A DNA stretch of 64,000 nucleotides from an uncultured delta proteobacterium (GTDB lineage: Bacteria > Desulfobacterota > Binatia > UBA9968). The notes under the pieces are model-generated. The model had not been told where the DNA came from. It did not search any database and saw only the letters and a program-made list of their open reading frames with translations. The stretch is taken from positions 1-64,000 of the forward strand of contig CAVTUQ010000037.1 of assembly GCA_963737905.1 (NCBI GenBank), in the 5' to 3' direction. The position numbers and the translations under genes are program-made. This document shows, piece by piece, positions 62,364 to 64,000 of this stretch (the stretch's first letter is position 1; each line of letters begins with the position of its first letter).

Positions 62364-62933
62364 ATGATCTCCTCAGTCGTAATAGCCGCAGGGCGCAGCG
62401 ATAAATTGAGCGAGCAAGGGTTGCTCCTGCCATTGCGGGGCAAACCGGTGCTTCAGTGGGTGCTCGAAAGCGCGCTCGCATCGGATCTCCACGAGATCAT
62501 TTGCGTAGTGCGTGAGTTGGAAGTTGCGCGGCGGAAAATCTATCTACGTGATGAGCGGTTATACTGGCTTACGAACCCTGCGGCCGAGCAAGGTCAAAGC
62601 ACTTCGGTCACCGCGGGCCTTTGGGCGATTGACCCAAAGAGTGACGGAGCGCTCTTTCTCGCCGGCGACCAACCGATGATTCGATCTGAGCTCATTAACT
62701 CGCTGGTGGAGCGTTTCGAAAACAGCAACGCGCTGATCGTTGCGCCAAGCTTTCGAGGACAAATCTGCAATCCGTTTCTTTTTCGGCGCGATCTTTTCCC
62801 CAACCTTCTTCGGCTGACCGGCGACCGAACCGGCCGAGAACTGCTCGAGAAATACCGCAACAAAACGGCACTGGTTGAATGGAACAATGAAATGTCTTTA
62901 ATGGATTACGAAGGGACTGGAGTAGTGGAGTGA
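62364..62933 (+). CDS. MocA/MobA-like nucleotidyltransferase, degenerate N-terminal motif
   Basis: VVIAAGRS, NP..EQGQSTS, GDQP, NPFLF, LTGDRTGR. Confidence 0.8.
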   Translation: MISSVVIAAGRSDKLSEQGLLLPLRGKPVLQWVLESALASDLHEIICVVRELEVARRKIYLRDERLYWLTNPAAEQGQSTSVTAGLWAIDPKSDGALFLAGDQPMIRSELINSLVERFENSNALIVAPSFRGQICNPFLFRRDLFPNLLRLTGDRTGRELLEKYRNKTALVEWNNEMSLMDYEGTGVVE

Positions 62934-63082
62934 TGCACTTGCCGGGAGCAAAGCCCTGCGTCTCTCCCTTCGGACGAGTTTGCTTTGGTTGCGCCACCGT
63001 TTTTCCTTCGCCACGTCACAAGCATACACATATCAGTTCCGACAACAACTGCCGGCAAGGCATTTGAATGTAGAGATTTTCC

Positions 63083-63112
63083 TTGACAACCGTTCGGGAC
63101 CAGTGCTATCCG
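63083..63112 (+). promoter_or_regulatory. Putative sigma70 promoter
   Basis: TTGACA-18 nt-TATCCG with an extended TG; the -10 box is weak. Confidence 0.45.
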
Positions 63113-63240
63113 TGCGTTGAAATTCCGATAGCCTGATTTTCTTATGTAGTCCGGCTATTGTGTCTTCGACACGGGTGTTCTGAAACTAGTGTTGGGCTAC
63201 AGGGGGGATGGAAAACGTTCCCTCGGAGGGGTGGACATAC

Positions 63241-63290
63241 AAAGCCAGTCGCTTTTGTGATTCCGTTGCAAAGGCACTGGCTTTTTTATT
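63241..63290 (+). terminator. Intrinsic terminator-like hairpin in the 5' leader
   Basis: AAAGCCAGT.GCTTTTG...CAAAGGCACTGGCTTTTTTATT, ~27 nt before ATG 63317. Confidence 0.7.
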
Positions 63291-63316
63291 TCTAGACTGT
63301 CGGAGGGAGTATCATC

Positions 63317-64000
63317 ATGAAGAAGCTTGCTGTTGTAGCTATAAATATGTGGCTGTCGTACTTTCTATGGGTACCTGAACCTACGCATGCCGCCGATTTC
63401 TTCTGCCCCTCCGGCAATGTGACTTGTCTCATCGCGGCGATAAATGACGGCGAATCAAAATTTCCAGCAAAATATCATCAACCTTCAAGCCGGGACCTAC
63501 ACGCTCGACAATGGCTGACAATGAGGCTGAGGGATGTGAGGGACCAAATGGTCTTCCATCTATCACAGGAAGAATTACCATTCGCGGTCAGGAGCAGCTC
63601 CCGGGCCACGATAGAGCGCGACAGTTCGTTTGAGCTGTTTTCACAGGCCCTCCATTCCGCATCTTTAGAATTGCACCGACAGGCGCTCTTACTCTCGACT
63701 CGCTCTCAGGACTAAAAGGGGCGTTGGCAGCTCGGATTTGGCGGGGGTAGCCATCTTCAGCCGCGGCAATCTCACAATTGTTGAAAGCGACGATCTATGA
63801 GAACACCAAACGAAGGTGTACAGTTTTCCAGGAGGTCGGTGGAGCAGGTATAGCGAATAGGGGACAGTCCCTGTTCGCGCCAGCCGAATATTCGGCAACG
63901 ATGTCCGGGGAGGGATCGAAGGTCGGCGGGGGATATTCAATGATGGCACGGATGCGATCGAGGATAGCTTTATTTTTCTAAACGAGGCATTTGATCTTAC
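63317..64000 (+). CDS. Secreted protein with GG-A-I-x-N beta-helix-like repeats, frameshifted, runs toward the window end
   Basis: Signal peptide, AADFFCPSGNVTCLIAAIND; later frames give GGVAIFSRG, GGAGIANRG, GGGIFNDG. Confidence 0.65.

Noticed and set aside
1-64000. tRNA/rRNA genes, transposase, integrase or reverse transcriptase
   Set aside because: None recognised by eye; no tool was run, so very divergent ones cannot be excluded.

Overview
The window has three parts. (1) 1-4855: the distal half of a type I-C cas operon (cas8c 3' part, cas7, cas4, cas1, cas2), riddled with 1-nt indels. A nucleotidyltransferase plus small partner gene is wedged between cas7 and cas4. There is no CRISPR array: the probable leader is cut at ~4912 and fused to a truncated carbamoyltransferase gene, so this is a deletion junction or a chimeric contig. 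(2) ~4.9-59.5 kb: a very large minus-strand Wza/Wzc/Wzy-type exopolysaccharide/capsule locus. It is headed by a sigma54 promoter and an RfaH/NusG paralog and encodes 2,3-diacetamido-uronic acid and GDP-heptose pathways, many GTs, and amidotransferase, carbamoyltransferase, methyltransferase and GNAT tailoring enzymes. It includes a decaying 39.6-51.7 kb block and secreted matrix-like proteins, two of them under sigma54 plus c-di-GMP-I riboswitch leaders. (3) 60-64 kb: aldo/keto reductase, QueD-like, MocA-like and a secreted protein behind a structured leader. Intergenic regions are packed with mosaic periodic REP/REPIN-like repeats. One is a ~210-bp hairpin-ended element found three times inserted at the same base of a host REP without target duplication. 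The general style of parts 2-3 suggests a deltaproteobacterial/Binatia-like organism (impression only). No database searches were run; all calls are from motif recognition.
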